A DNA stretch of 64,000 bases from Pirellulales bacterium (GTDB lineage Bacteria; Planctomycetota; Planctomycetia; Pirellulales; PALSA-1355): the NCBI GenBank assembly GCA_963733035.1, contig CAVTBU010000005.1, positions 960,001 through 1,024,000 on the forward strand, read 5' to 3'. Each line of letters starts with the position of its first letter. Within the stretch, counting starts at the first letter, position 1. Positions 10,156 to 20,868 of this stretch are shown here, one piece after another. The notes below the pieces were generated by a model. The model was not told the origin of the DNA. It ran no database searches and saw only the letters and a list, made by a program, of their open reading frames with translations. The translations under genes and the position numbers were made by a program.

Positions 10156-11244
10156 CTAACGCACCGGCAGACCATTCTTATGTGGCACTTCGGAGAGAAC
10201 TTTTCCGTCCCGATCCCAGTCGGTCCAGGTGCCCACGCGCTCGCCGTGATCGTAGCTTTTCAGTGAGGCAGGCTTACCGTCATCGTAGAAATATTTGGTG
10301 TCGCCGTCAGGCTTGCCGTCTACGTATTGACCTGTGCCTCGCAATTTCCCGTTTTCGTGCCACTCACTCCAAGTCCCTTCGCGTTCGCCTTCGACCAGCG
10401 GTAACTCGAGTCGCTTCTGACCGTTGGCATGCCAGTAAACTTGCGTACCGTCATTTAGTCCTCCTCGGAAATTCAGGTCGGCCGCCTTGGCACCGTCTTC
10501 AAACCACTCGTGCCAAATCCCATCCTGCAGTCCCCGGACGAATTGCCCGTCCATCTCCTTATTGCCGTTTGGAAACCAACTAGTTGCCTTTCCGTCGCGG
10601 ATCCCATTGCGATACTCGATCGTCGTTTTGGGTTTGCCGTCAGCGTACCATTCGCTGAAAGTCCCTTCCTTGCGACCCTGGACGTAGTTGACCTCCCGCC
10701 GCTTCTGGTCGTTCTCGTACCAGTGCGTATCCAAGCCGTGCTTTTGGCCATGATCGTAGTGCGTCACGAAACGCGGCTTGCCGCTGGGATACCATGCGCT
10801 GTCAGCGCCGTGTTTGAAACCATTTTCGTAGTCAACTTCGTATCGTTTCCGTTCCGGGCCATACCACTCGATTTGCTTGCCATGATGATGACCATCCTGG
10901 TAGTTGCTTTCCATGAAGAGACTGCCGTTGGCCAAATACCGCCGTTCGACGCCCTCCTTACGGCCTGAGGCGTACATCCCCTCCGCACTCTTCGTTCCGG
11001 AGCGAAACCACTCGGTCCACGGCCCCTCCTTGACTCCCTGTGCAAACGTTTCTTCGCGCTTGGGCTTGCCATCGAGATAATAGAGCGTCCGTTTTCCGTG
11101 CGGCGTTGTCACACCGCGCTCGTCGACCAGCACCTCCGTTCGCAGGTGGATCGTGCCGTTCGAGAGTTTCTTCTCGATGACGTCCGTCTTGATCGGGCCG
11201 GCGGACAGTACAACGACGAGACCGGCCAAATACCATGCGGTCAT
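10156..11244 (-). CDS. Secreted MORN-variant (YwqK-like) repeat protein
   Basis: About 13 repeats of roughly 24 aa (G..eG.w..Wy.nG.k.....y..G) after a signal-like N-terminus. Confidence 0.88.
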   Translation of the reverse strand: MTAWYLAGLVVVLSAGPIKTDVIEKKLSNGTIHLRTEVLVDERGVTTPHGKRTLYYLDGKPKREETFAQGVKEGPWTEWFRSGTKSAEGMYASGRKEGVERRYLANGSLFMESNYQDGHHHGKQIEWYGPERKRYEVDYENGFKHGADSAWYPSGKPRFVTHYDHGQKHGLDTHWYENDQKRREVNYVQGRKEGTFSEWYADGKPKTTIEYRNGIRDGKATSWFPNGNKEMDGQFVRGLQDGIWHEWFEDGAKAADLNFRGGLNDGTQVYWHANGQKRLELPLVEGEREGTWSEWHENGKLRGTGQYVDGKPDGDTKYFYDDGKPASLKSYDHGERVGTWTDWDRDGKVLSEVPHKNGLPVR

Positions 11245-11369
11245 GGGAATTTCTGCGAGATCCACGGGGAGCAAGTCGCCACTAACTTCCAGTGTACCTT
11301 ACGCGTTCGCGGGGGAAAAATTGGCGGTAAGGCACAACCGAGAACGCACCCCCAGACTCTGGCGAGTAG

Positions 11370-13088
11370 CTACTGCTTGCCTTCGCGCAGCGAGTCAAAA
11401 TACTTTTGGGCGTGGTCGCGATAGTCGCGTGGCAAGCGTTGTTCGGAAAGCGCATCCGCCGAGCTCTGTTCGGCCGTAGCAAATTCGGTTTGGATTTCCT
11501 GGCGCACGCTCCCCTTGCGGTTCGGACCGACCGCTTCGCCGACAACTTTTGCTGCCCCGCGGCCAGGTTGCTGCCGGACCGCAGAATCATAGAACTTCCC
11601 GTCCGGATTCGTCTCGTCGCCGAGTCCGGGTCCCAAACCAACACCGATGCCCTTGCCGCCGCCGCGCTGTGCAAACGGCGAGAGCTCACCGTACGTCTTT
11701 TTCCACTGGTCGCCCTGGCATTGATCGCAGCCTCCGCCGTCGCAGTTCTGGCAAGCCATCATTTGCTTACAGTCTGCCACCCCCTCAAGTGCCGCGTCGA
11801 TCGCATCCATCTCCTGCAAGTTTTCCTGCATGCCGGCCACTTGCTCGCCGAGTTGCTCAAGTGCTTCGGCTGCCTGTTCGCAGTTTCCCTCGCCGAGACA
11901 CTCAGCGGCCTGCTTGAGTTGTGCGGCCATGGCTCCCATCTTGTCGGTCTGTGGCTGCTGGGCGGCCAGCTTGTCGAGTTGTTCCTGCAGTTTGTCGGCC
12001 GCCTCTCGGTTGCCATCGCGGCGGGCCGCCTGCATTTGCTCCTTGAGCTGCTCGGTGAGCTTCTTGTGTGCTTCAGACTTCTTTGCCAACTGCTGTTCGA
12101 GCTGTTCGAGCTGCTCGGCGAGCGCCTTTTGTCCCTCCGGATCTAGCTTCCCAGCGGCCATTTGCTGCTTCAGCTTGTCGAGCTCTTTCAGGGCCTTGTC
12201 CAACTCGCCGTTTTTGAGAGCTTGCCCTAACGCCTCGGCCGGCCCCTGCTGCAGGTTCTTGAGGTTTGCCAACTGCTTTTTGAGGTCGGCCGAGCCGGCC
12301 AACTCCTCACGGCGGGCCTGCGCGTCCTTGACCAAATCATTCAGCTCCAGCAGGGTCTGCTTGCGATCGTTTTCCTTGGTCTCCGAGAGCTTCCTCACGC
12401 CGTCCTCGAGCTTGGCGATGGCCTCGGCTTCGGGCAGTCCTTTTTCCAAGGCGTCCTTCTTTTGAGCTTCCAGACGCTTCACAAGGGCTTTCGTGGCCTG
12501 TTTGACCGGTGTCGCTTGGCGAGCCGCGGCCTTGGCCGGCGCTGGCGGCACACGAACGGGCACAAGCGCCACCAATGCAAACACTGCGACTGCCGGCACG
12601 ACCGGCAATAAAGCCCGTCGGTCGAGCCGCAGGCGAAAGCACTCGGCAACGTCGAGCCCCCGCACTCGCTGTTCGGCGTCTCGTGCTAGAGCGCGTCCGA
12701 CGTCGGTCTCGCGGGCGGCATTGTCAAGCGCCAGGGTGCTGGAAACCCTCTCCTTGAGGCCAAACCGGCGATCGAATTCGAGGGCTGCCGCCAAGGTCGT
12801 CTGGCGGCGAACGGCCGTCCACGTCGCTGCTGCCACCAGCCCCCCAGCGAGCGCGACGACAAGCCACGTTGCGGCCCATAGCTCCTGCGACGTTGGGGGA
12901 ACCCAGTACTTTCCGACTCCGATGGCCACGGCAGCGATCAGCAGGCCCGTGAACCAGCACCAGGCCAACTTGACGCCCAGCGATTGCAGCATCAGCCGTC
13001 GGCTCGCCCGCCGAACTTGTTTTTCGAGCGTTTCCACCACAGTGCCCTCCGGGAACCTCTCCAAGTCGCGTGGCCGCACGTCCCGCAT
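11370..13088 (-). CDS. Membrane protein with long coiled coil and Cys/Gly-rich C-terminal region
   Basis: Three TM helices, DRRFGLKERVSST motif, Q/K/E-rich coiled coil, CQNCDGGGCDQCQG, C-terminal LPRDYRDHAQKYF. Confidence 0.85.
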   Translation of the reverse strand: MRDVRPRDLERFPEGTVVETLEKQVRRASRRLMLQSLGVKLAWCWFTGLLIAAVAIGVGKYWVPPTSQELWAATWLVVALAGGLVAAATWTAVRRQTTLAAALEFDRRFGLKERVSSTLALDNAARETDVGRALARDAEQRVRGLDVAECFRLRLDRRALLPVVPAVAVFALVALVPVRVPPAPAKAAARQATPVKQATKALVKRLEAQKKDALEKGLPEAEAIAKLEDGVRKLSETKENDRKQTLLELNDLVKDAQARREELAGSADLKKQLANLKNLQQGPAEALGQALKNGELDKALKELDKLKQQMAAGKLDPEGQKALAEQLEQLEQQLAKKSEAHKKLTEQLKEQMQAARRDGNREAADKLQEQLDKLAAQQPQTDKMGAMAAQLKQAAECLGEGNCEQAAEALEQLGEQVAGMQENLQEMDAIDAALEGVADCKQMMACQNCDGGGCDQCQGDQWKKTYGELSPFAQRGGGKGIGVGLGPGLGDETNPDGKFYDSAVRQQPGRGAAKVVGEAVGPNRKGSVRQEIQTEFATAEQSSADALSEQRLPRDYRDHAQKYFDSLREGKQ

Positions 13089-13374
13089 TATACCCGTCCG
13101 GCGAATATAAAAGCCACGCTGGGGCGTGGACCTGGCTCAAACACGGCACGCCCCGCTGACTTTGCACTTGCCGCCAAACGCAAAATGTCATCGCCGGCCG
13201 GCTTGCCGGCCTGAGATAAAGCCGTTTGGCGAAACTGCGTCAAACGCAAAACGCACAAATCGCTCTGGAAATCGTGGCAATTCCTGACACAATGAACACT
13301 GGACGGCCGCTCGCCGGGCGACTCGGTCGGGCGCGGCAAAGGGGCATCACTTCTCGCACGTGAGGATTTCTGGC

Positions 13375-14490
13375 ATGTACCGGCATTTCTCGGCTCTCAC
13401 TTCGCGCCCGGCACCGGCAACTCGCAACCGCGGCGCATTCACGCTCGTCGAATTGCTGGTCGTGATCACCATCATTGCGTTGTTGGTCGGCCTGCTCATT
13501 CCAGCCATTCAGGCCGCCCGCGGTGCCGCCCGCAAAACACAATGCATCAACAACCAGAAGAACCTCGCCACGGCGGTCATCAACTACGCCACCACGAAGG
13601 AGAAGTTTCCGCCGCTCTTTAGTTGGCAGCCGGGAACCTCTGGGATTAATACTCGTGCTGTCGGATGGGTCCCGCCAATTTTGCCGAATATCGAGCAAAA
13701 TGAACTTTATCGAGTCTTTCAAAATAACTTGTGGTACACAATTCCAAATGCTGAGGTTGAAACGTTGGTCTGTCCGTCGAGAGACCCAAGCAGCTCTCCG
13801 GCTCCCCTAAGTTATGTCGTCAACGCAGGGGTGCAGGATGCCGTACTGAGCGGCAAGCAGATGGATTTCCAAGAAAATGGAGTGTTCTTTGATGAATTCA
13901 CTCCAAGCCCCAAGAGCGTGGTCGCCATGCCTCCGGCGAAAACTCCACCCATTGATCTGGCCTATTTGAGTTCACATGATGGTACGAAGAACACAATCAT
14001 GTTGAGTGAAAACTGCCTAAATACGCTGGACTGGATTGCTCCTCTTGGAACGCCATCTACGACCCCGCCACCGAAATATCCTTCGTTGGGGATGTCATAT
14101 TGGAATGCGATTACCTGGGAACAGCCGAACGGCGCTGGCGGAAGCGTTCAACCCAACTGGGGCACTGACGGAATCGCCCCAACCGGCACCCGCTTAAACC
14201 AACCAAACGCGGGCTCGATGTACGACTATGAGCAGGGGCGTCCATTTAGCTACCACTCCGGCGGATTTATCGTCGCGTACTGCGACGGCCATTGCGCCTT
14301 CATGAGCCAAGATATTGAGTACCGTGTTTACTGCTTACTGATGTCGCCCGATAGCAATAATGCCAAATACACGTTCACTTCAGGTTCATCGAATCCCACT
14401 GGTAACGGCAATCCCATGGTATTTCCAGCTCAATGGCGGCAAGGCGGCGTTGGCCCCCTTCGCCCAATAACAGACGCTGACTTGAAATAA
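13375..14490 (+). CDS. DUF1559 family prepilin-type protein (N-methyl site, H-X9-DG motif)
   Basis: RGAFTLVELLVVITIIALLVGLLIPAIQAARGAARKTQCINNQK and C-terminal HSGGFIVAYCDGH. Confidence 0.95.
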   Translation: MYRHFSALTSRPAPATRNRGAFTLVELLVVITIIALLVGLLIPAIQAARGAARKTQCINNQKNLATAVINYATTKEKFPPLFSWQPGTSGINTRAVGWVPPILPNIEQNELYRVFQNNLWYTIPNAEVETLVCPSRDPSSSPAPLSYVVNAGVQDAVLSGKQMDFQENGVFFDEFTPSPKSVVAMPPAKTPPIDLAYLSSHDGTKNTIMLSENCLNTLDWIAPLGTPSTTPPPKYPSLGMSYWNAITWEQPNGAGGSVQPNWGTDGIAPTGTRLNQPNAGSMYDYEQGRPFSYHSGGFIVAYCDGHCAFMSQDIEYRVYCLLMSPDSNNAKYTFTSGSSNPTGNGNPMVFPAQWRQGGVGPLRPITDADLK

Positions 14491-14586
14491 TACCAAGATT
14501 CAAAGAAGTCGAAACTAGTACAGCGCCGGTCGCCTTCCGGTGACCAGCCCTGTTTGCTTAGCTTCTGGGTTCGCGCTCTCAGGTAG

Positions 14587-15342
14587 TTACGCAGCCGGCT
14601 TCGCGGCGGCAGCCGGTTTGACTGGTGTTTCGACAAACTCTTCACCCTCTCGGGCTCGCCTGGCCTTTTCGAAGCCTGGCTTCAGCGCCGCGGTGGCCAC
14701 GGGCATGAATTCCCGGATAAACGCCGTGCAGAAGTCCTCGTCCGTTCTTCCACCACCCGACGTCGGAACGTTGCCGAACACGTACATCTTGTAGAGAGCT
14801 CGTTCACCCGAAAACGTCAGGCGTTCGTCTTTCGGAGCCAGCCAACGTCCGTCCGCGGTCCAGGTCCAGTAGCCGCGTTCGTCGTGCGTGCCGGTCGCGG
14901 GATCGGTTTTGCGGAACGTGGTAGTGAAGAACTCCGCGCCGTCGATCACCCGCTGCTGCGGAGGATTCAGCATTTCAAAACCGGCCGCCGGGTAGCATTT
15001 ATCCGGGGAGTGATAAAAAATGTCGCGGAATCGGGCGCACATCAGCATGACCCGCACTTCCTCGCCCGACGCATTGCGATAGACGCGATTGAATTCGCCC
15101 TGGGCGCCGGAAATTTCCTTCACGCGTTCATCACTCTCGCCGATATCCTCGCCTTCCCACTCACCAACCTTCAACGGCACTTCGTGAAGCTGCTCGGCAA
15201 AGATCGCCAACTCAGGGAATTCGCCCCAGCGTTCCGACCAGATGCCCTGGTAGTAGCACGAGACGCCCATCAGCAGCACGGCCGCTCCAATTGGCAACAG
15301 CGTCGAGGGCTTGAGAAAGTTCGATTTGTTCATGGAAGACAA
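14587..15342 (-). CDS. Exosortase-associated EpsI-family protein
   Basis: N-terminal TM, P..vGeW.G, RvYrN and HSPDKCYPAAGF motifs; downstream of the exosortase gene on the same strand. Confidence 0.85.
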   Translation of the reverse strand: MSSMNKSNFLKPSTLLPIGAAVLLMGVSCYYQGIWSERWGEFPELAIFAEQLHEVPLKVGEWEGEDIGESDERVKEISGAQGEFNRVYRNASGEEVRVMLMCARFRDIFYHSPDKCYPAAGFEMLNPPQQRVIDGAEFFTTTFRKTDPATGTHDERGYWTWTADGRWLAPKDERLTFSGERALYKMYVFGNVPTSGGGRTDEDFCTAFIREFMPVATAALKPGFEKARRAREGEEFVETPVKPAAAAKPAA

Positions 15343-15432
15343 CCTCAGTTGGCAAACGGACGATTTCGGGCTGGTTGGTTATACGATGCCTGGCCGAGAC
15401 GGTTCGTCGTGACCAGTCTAGAATTCTACATG

Positions 15433-16569
15433 TCAGCCGCAGCGACCCTCAACAGTTTTTGCGGAGCCGGCGATCAGGCCCAGACCGACACAAAACAGCC
15501 CCAGGCCCGCCAGCACGCCGCAGGCTATATTGCGGATGGTCGCGTCGCTATGATCTGCTGACACGGCGTCGTCAAGTTTGATGATCCGGTCGGGCGCCAG
15601 CCGCTCGATGCGAAGTCGATCGACCTCGGCGGCAAGTTGGCTCTTCATGACTGCAGTTGCAGCCAACTCTTCGCGCTTGGCAGTCGCCAGAGCCGAATAG
15701 TTTTCCATTTTGGAAACGATCTTGGTTTGATTCGCGATCTTCTCGTTTGCCTCTGCCAGCCGCTGTTCCAGAAACTCGCGTTTCCTCTCCAGTAGCGGCA
15801 ATGGCAGCGATTCGTTTGACTCCTCAACTCGCCACGAAATCGCGTCGGCAGCTCGTTTTTCCTCAATCAGCGCAGCGCGGGCTTTGTTGAGCACGATCGC
15901 GAGGTCGTTTTCGCGGATCGACTCGGCGATATGTGCGCGGTCCAACATGAGCATGCCAAGCTCATCGGTGGCGAGTTTCTTCATGAGTTGGGCAGTCTCC
16001 GAACCGCTCGTCTTATATTGACGCTCAAGCGATGCCAGATTATCGAGCTCGCGCTGATAGTCGGCAGCCTTGGTTTCGTAGGCTTTCTGCAACTTGGCTT
16101 CGTTCGCCATCCGCAGGCCCTTTTCGTGCTCCACAACCTCCTTGAGGTAAACCTCCACGACCTTGTTGACGATCTTGAGCGAATCCTCCTGCGATTTCGT
16201 TTTGATCGCGACCCGCATCACTTCCGAGTCACCCGGGAAGTTTACGCTCAACCTGCCACTTAGCCAGTCGACGGATTCCGCGGCGTGGTCCTGAACACTG
16301 GGCAGCCGATTGATTGCAGCTTCGCGCAGGACACCATTGAGCACGGGATTGCTCTTCAAGAGTTGCAACTGCGTGGCCTTGAAGAGCGAGAACTCACGCG
16401 CGTCCGACGGCTGCTTGGTGAGTATCGTGGGCGGCACCGATGAGACCTTCAGGAGTGCGAACGCTTCGTACTCCGTTGGCATTGTCAGCCAAATGGCAGC
16501 GGCACCTAGCAGGAGAATTCCCCCCATCGCCAGCATCGACGCGCGCCGTGAACGGGGCATGATCGTCAC
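15433..16569 (-). CDS. Kinase-less paralog of the adjacent Wzc (polysaccharide co-polymerase-like; two TM helices plus coiled coil)
   Basis: Long near-identical blocks shared with 16583-18935, e.g. AYETKAADYQRELDNLASLERQYKTSGSETAQ. Ends shortly after the second TM helix. Confidence 0.85.
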   Translation of the reverse strand: MTIMPRSRRASMLAMGGILLLGAAAIWLTMPTEYEAFALLKVSSVPPTILTKQPSDAREFSLFKATQLQLLKSNPVLNGVLREAAINRLPSVQDHAAESVDWLSGRLSVNFPGDSEVMRVAIKTKSQEDSLKIVNKVVEVYLKEVVEHEKGLRMANEAKLQKAYETKAADYQRELDNLASLERQYKTSGSETAQLMKKLATDELGMLMLDRAHIAESIRENDLAIVLNKARAALIEEKRAADAISWRVEESNESLPLPLLERKREFLEQRLAEANEKIANQTKIVSKMENYSALATAKREELAATAVMKSQLAAEVDRLRIERLAPDRIIKLDDAVSADHSDATIRNIACGVLAGLGLFCVGLGLIAGSAKTVEGRCG

Positions 16570-16582
16570 TCGCTATTGTGTA

Positions 16583-18935
16583 CTAACCGGTGGATGCTGT
16601 CTCGGCCGTTTCGCCGCGCGGCGTTTCGGCCATCAATAGTTCCATGCCGTGCCGCGCGACGTCGTCTTTCACGCCGTTGACGACCGAACCCAACACGGTG
16701 ATGCCGACCGATCGTAATCGCTCGACCGCCTCATAAACGCTGGGTACCTTGCTGGTATCCTTTAGCACCGAGAGAACCGCGGCATCCACGTGCTGTCCAA
16801 CCAGAAGTGGATCGGCCACTTTGAGTACCGGGCCCGCGTCGATGATTACGTAGTCGAATTGCACCGACAGCGCCGCAATTGTCGAACCCAGGTACGAACC
16901 CGACAACGCTTGTACGCTGCGCAAATCACATCGCCCGGCGGGCATCAGCCACAAGTTGGCCGTGCGGGTGGGGTGAATCACATCGTCACGATCGGCCTCA
17001 TTGCGCAACAATTCGCAGAGCCCCGGATCTTGCGGAATTTCAAACACGCGGTGAGCACCTGGATTGCGGATATCCGCATCGATAAGCAGGGTGCGGCGGC
17101 CGCTACGCGCGAGACTGGCAGCCAACTGCGTACTGGTCGTGGTCTTGCCTTCGCGCGGTTCGGCACTGGTCACCATTACAACCCGCGGCGGATCGATCGC
17201 CGTGGTATGAATCAGTGCCGTGCGGGTTCCGTCAATGCGTTCGGCCATCAGCGCCTTGAGCACGTTTTGCCCCTTGCCACCCCGCACGCGCCGGAAGGCC
17301 CTGCCACCGATGTTTGGCAGTTCGCCGACCACTCGGATGCCCAATCCATCGTTGACTTCCTTTACGGAGTTGACCTTCCGCGACTGGAATTCCATGATGG
17401 CCACACTCAGGACGACGCCGCAGAACGTAAACAGAAACGAAAAGACAACTGCGATGTACTTACGAATCGCGTCACCGCTTCCTTCGAGGACGGCATCATC
17501 GAGTTTGATGATTCGGTCGGGCGCCAGCCGCTCGATGCGAATTCGGTCGACCTCCGCGGCAAGCTGGCTCTTCATGAGTGCAGCCGAATCCAACTCGTCA
17601 CGCTTGGCAGCCACGAGAGCCGAAAAGTTCTCCATTTTTGAAACGACGTCGGTTTGATTCGCGATTTTCTCGTCTACCACTTTCAGCCTTTGATCGAGCA
17701 ATTCTTTTTGCTTCTGCAGCTGTTCGGGCGTCCAGGGTAATTGCGAATGGGCCTGACCGGTGCCTTGCTGAAAGAGCTCGACAAGGTGGGGCCGTCGTTC
17801 GGCTCTCGCTTCGTTAATCGTTTCTTCGAGCCGAAGGATTTCCCGCTGCAGTTCCGCGACATAGGGCGTTGGTTCCGCGTTGGCGGCAACGCCCTTGACC
17901 CGCCCCAAGTGGTTTTGATATTCGACTAGCTGTTGCTTCATCTGCACGATCGTTGGATCTTTTTCCAGCTCGTTGTCGATCAGCACATCCGGCGTCGTCA
18001 TTTGACTATTCTGCATGTGGGTTTCCAGCAGCGCGATGTCCATGTTGTTTTGCTGCAATTGATCGACGATCCTGTTCTTATCCGCCCGAAGCATATTCAG
18101 CTCTTCGATGGCCATCCTCTTCATGATTTGAGCGGTCTCTGAACCGCTCGTCTTATATTGACGCTCCAGTGATGCCAAATTGTCGAGCTCGCGCTGATAG
18201 TCGGCAGCCTTGGTTTCGTAGGCCTGCTGCAGCTTGCCCTCGTTGGCCAGTCGCAGGCTCTTTTCGTGTTCCACAATCTCCTTGAGGTAGACCTCCACGA
18301 CCTTGTTGACGATCTTGAGCGAATCCCCCTGCGATTTCGTCTTGATGGCGATCCGCATTACTTCCGTGTCACCAGGGAAACTCGATCATCAACTCCCCTT
18401 TGAGCCAATCGACTTGATCGTCGGCATGCTCCTGGACGCTGGGCAGGCGATTGATGGCGGCTTCGCGCAAAACTCCGTTGATCACCGGATTGCTCAAGAT
18501 CAATTGTTCCTGCGTCGCCTTGAAGAGTTCGAACTCTTCCGGGCCGGTATGTTCCTTCTCGAGAACGGCCGGCGGCCTGGCGGAGACTTTGAGCAAGGCA
18601 AAGGCCTCGTACTTGACTGGCACGAGCAACCACAGCAGTGCGGCGACGATGCTGGCACACGCGATCCCCGCCCCCACCGCCAGTGGCCAACGACGACGGA
18701 CGGCATGCAACAATTCGACCGGATTCGGCTTGGACGAAAGAATCTCTGGTCGCGGTGGGGGTCCATACGACCAATTCAACGTGGAGACGCTTGGCAACTG
18801 GCTTCCAATTTTGGCCAGGGTGCCATTGGTAGCCGCCGCGCCGTTCGCGTGTGCACTAGCATCTCCCGGCGTGTGATGTTCGTGGCCATCGTGCTGCGAA
18901 TCGCCGGGGTTAGAAATCGGATCCAGGGGAGCCAT
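16583..18935 (-). CDS. wzc: Wzc/CpsD-type polysaccharide tyrosine autokinase, frameshifted near 18376
   Basis: Walker A SAEPREGKTT, A' LLIDADIRNP, B VIIDAGP. Removing one C from a CCC run restores FPGDTEVMR, matching the paralog's FPGDSEVMR. Confidence 0.88.
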
Positions 18936-19198
18936 GAATCTTGTGCCTTCTTTCGATTCCGATCGTATGCAATAACCGAAGCGTCCGGACCAACGAGAGT
19001 ACGCTGTGCGTCGCCGTTCCTCTTGCAACCGGCGGACCAGCCACCGATTGAACTCACATTCTGCTCATAAATGTTAAATAGTCAGGGTCTTACGTCGGAT
19101 CTGCCCGCCGAGGCCAATATCCTCCCGTTTCCGGTTGGCAACACACACGCCCCTCTCGTTGACAAATCACCACATGCGGATTCGTCGGCGCTGGCAAG

Positions 19199-20113
19199 CT
19201 AGGCCACTTGCAACGGACCGGTTGCCGCGTCGTCGATAACCAGGTGGGATAAGATTTGAAACTCGACGTAAAGTAACCCCAACGCGAAGGGCATCATCAA
19301 CCAACCATCCAGGTCGTGAAACACACGGTCAACCCACTCCGCTCCGATTGTGATGTAAAGTAGTGCCGTGACGATAATCCGTACGATGTTTGAAACCAGC
19401 GCAATCGGAATCGAGCTGAGCACGATGACGACGCGTTCCCAAAAGGGACGCTCCGTCACCAAGACGATCGCAAACGACAAGGCAATGAAGATCGTCAACA
19501 TTCGTAATCCGCTGCAAGCCTCGACAACGCCGAGTTGCATCTCGCCGATGTAGATCACATTGCCTTCGGAGTAACTGGGAATCCCCATGGTTTGCAGCAC
19601 ATAGGTGCTCGAACGGGTGGCGATTGCCTGCAAGGGCGCCAATAGCCGAGAGTCCAAAAACCCTGGCAGAGGGAACATGAAAATCAAGAACGCCACGGCC
19701 GGGCCGGCCCAACGCATCATTCGCCAGCCACCCACGAGCAGGAATACACCCGCCACACTCGGTACGAACGAAACCATCTCGGCCACATGGCTCGAGTAGT
19801 AGGTTGCCGCCATCCGCATGGCAACTCCCGCCGAGAGGAGCCCAAAGCCAGCCCAGCGTTCGCCAGGTTTCACCGGCCCGAACGGCTCGTAGCGCATCCA
19901 TAGCAGAATCACCGTAAACACAGGAACCAGCCAGCCGTGTGAATACTTGGGATTATCCCAGAATTGCATCGCACCGCGGCTATCAAGCTCATTGCCGAAC
20001 GCGTAGAGCAACACGATCAGGAGTCCAGCCAGGATTGACCACGGAACGACCTGGTCCGAATTGGCCTTGAGTGTGTCGGCTAGACTTGGGTTACGAGTTG
20101 CTGTATCGGCCAT
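19199..20113 (-). CDS. xrt: Exosortase (EpsH family)
   Basis: Multi-TM protein with YSHG and the catalytic-triad contexts VEACSGLR (Cys), NIVRI (Arg) and FHD (His). Confidence 0.93.
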   Translation of the reverse strand: MADTATRNPSLADTLKANSDQVVPWSILAGLLIVLLYAFGNELDSRGAMQFWDNPKYSHGWLVPVFTVILLWMRYEPFGPVKPGERWAGFGLLSAGVAMRMAATYYSSHVAEMVSFVPSVAGVFLLVGGWRMMRWAGPAVAFLIFMFPLPGFLDSRLLAPLQAIATRSSTYVLQTMGIPSYSEGNVIYIGEMQLGVVEACSGLRMLTIFIALSFAIVLVTERPFWERVVIVLSSIPIALVSNIVRIIVTALLYITIGAEWVDRVFHDLDGWLMMPFALGLLYVEFQILSHLVIDDAATGPLQVA

Positions 20114-20748
20114 TTTTAGACTTCTCCCAGGACACGTCGTGCCGGTGAATCAACGCTGTAAAGAAATGCCGCCAAACTTGAAAGACTGGACTTCGCGAGA
20201 CGCCTCGGCTCCGCCCCCGGAGCATCCCGGTATCGTCTCCGTCCGCAGCGGTCGTCGCTACCTGCGCGGGTTTGTGCGAGTACTTGCTCACTTGGAGGAC
20301 TGGTCAACCGAGTTGCAAATCAAAGAGGCGCGGATGCTACTCCTGTGAGATTCCTCTTCGGTGTGGTCAATTCAACCCCGAACGGGCACACCGGATTACG
20401 CGCGGCTCACATCGGCCTTCATAGCACTCGCCGCTTATTGACAATTCTCCTGAATTGCCGCCAACGCACTGACTCCAACCCTCGCGGCCAGCTACCAGTC
20501 AAACGGGCCGCGTAAGGTCCAGAATTTCACAATAAGCGTCCTTCCGAACCTTGTCAAACACTTTACAGCCTTTGCAAAAGCCCTCATTTTTCCGTTGGTA
20601 CGCAGTTTAACGGTGTGCCCGAATACGCTACCACCAGCGTGGCCTCAGTCGACCAAGTACCAGCCGAAAACATCTCGGCTGAGAGTGCAAGTGCTTCTCA
20701 AACGGCCAGTATTTTCCCCGAGATTTTGGTTTGGGGTGGGAATGGGGG

Positions 20749-20776
20749 CAAAGTGTTTGGTTGAGTTTGCCGATTA
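20749..20776 (+). promoter_or_regulatory. Candidate sigma28/FliA-WhiG-like promoter upstream of wza
   Basis: CAAAG-N15-GCCGATTA, about 93 bp before ATG 20869. Confidence 0.4.
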
Positions 20777-20868
20777 GTAGGTCTGTGACGGTCGGGAGGA
20801 CGTTGAGGGCGCCGGTGCGCTCCGCTCCGCGACGGGCTAGGTCCAGACAAGGGTTGGCCAACTTGACC

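Noticed and set aside
10156..11244. YwqK-type antitoxin of a toxin-antitoxin system
   Set aside because: Only generic MORN-variant repeats with a signal peptide; no adjacent toxin gene.
18366..18380. TGA in wzc as selenocysteine or programmed read-through
   Set aside because: The continuation is in another frame, and the paralog shows that one extra C explains the break.
19052..19079. dif-like sequence (GCTCATAAATGTTAAAT), noticed because xerC is in the window
   Set aside because: The XerD-like arm is partial, and there is no correctly spaced 6-bp core or XerC arm.
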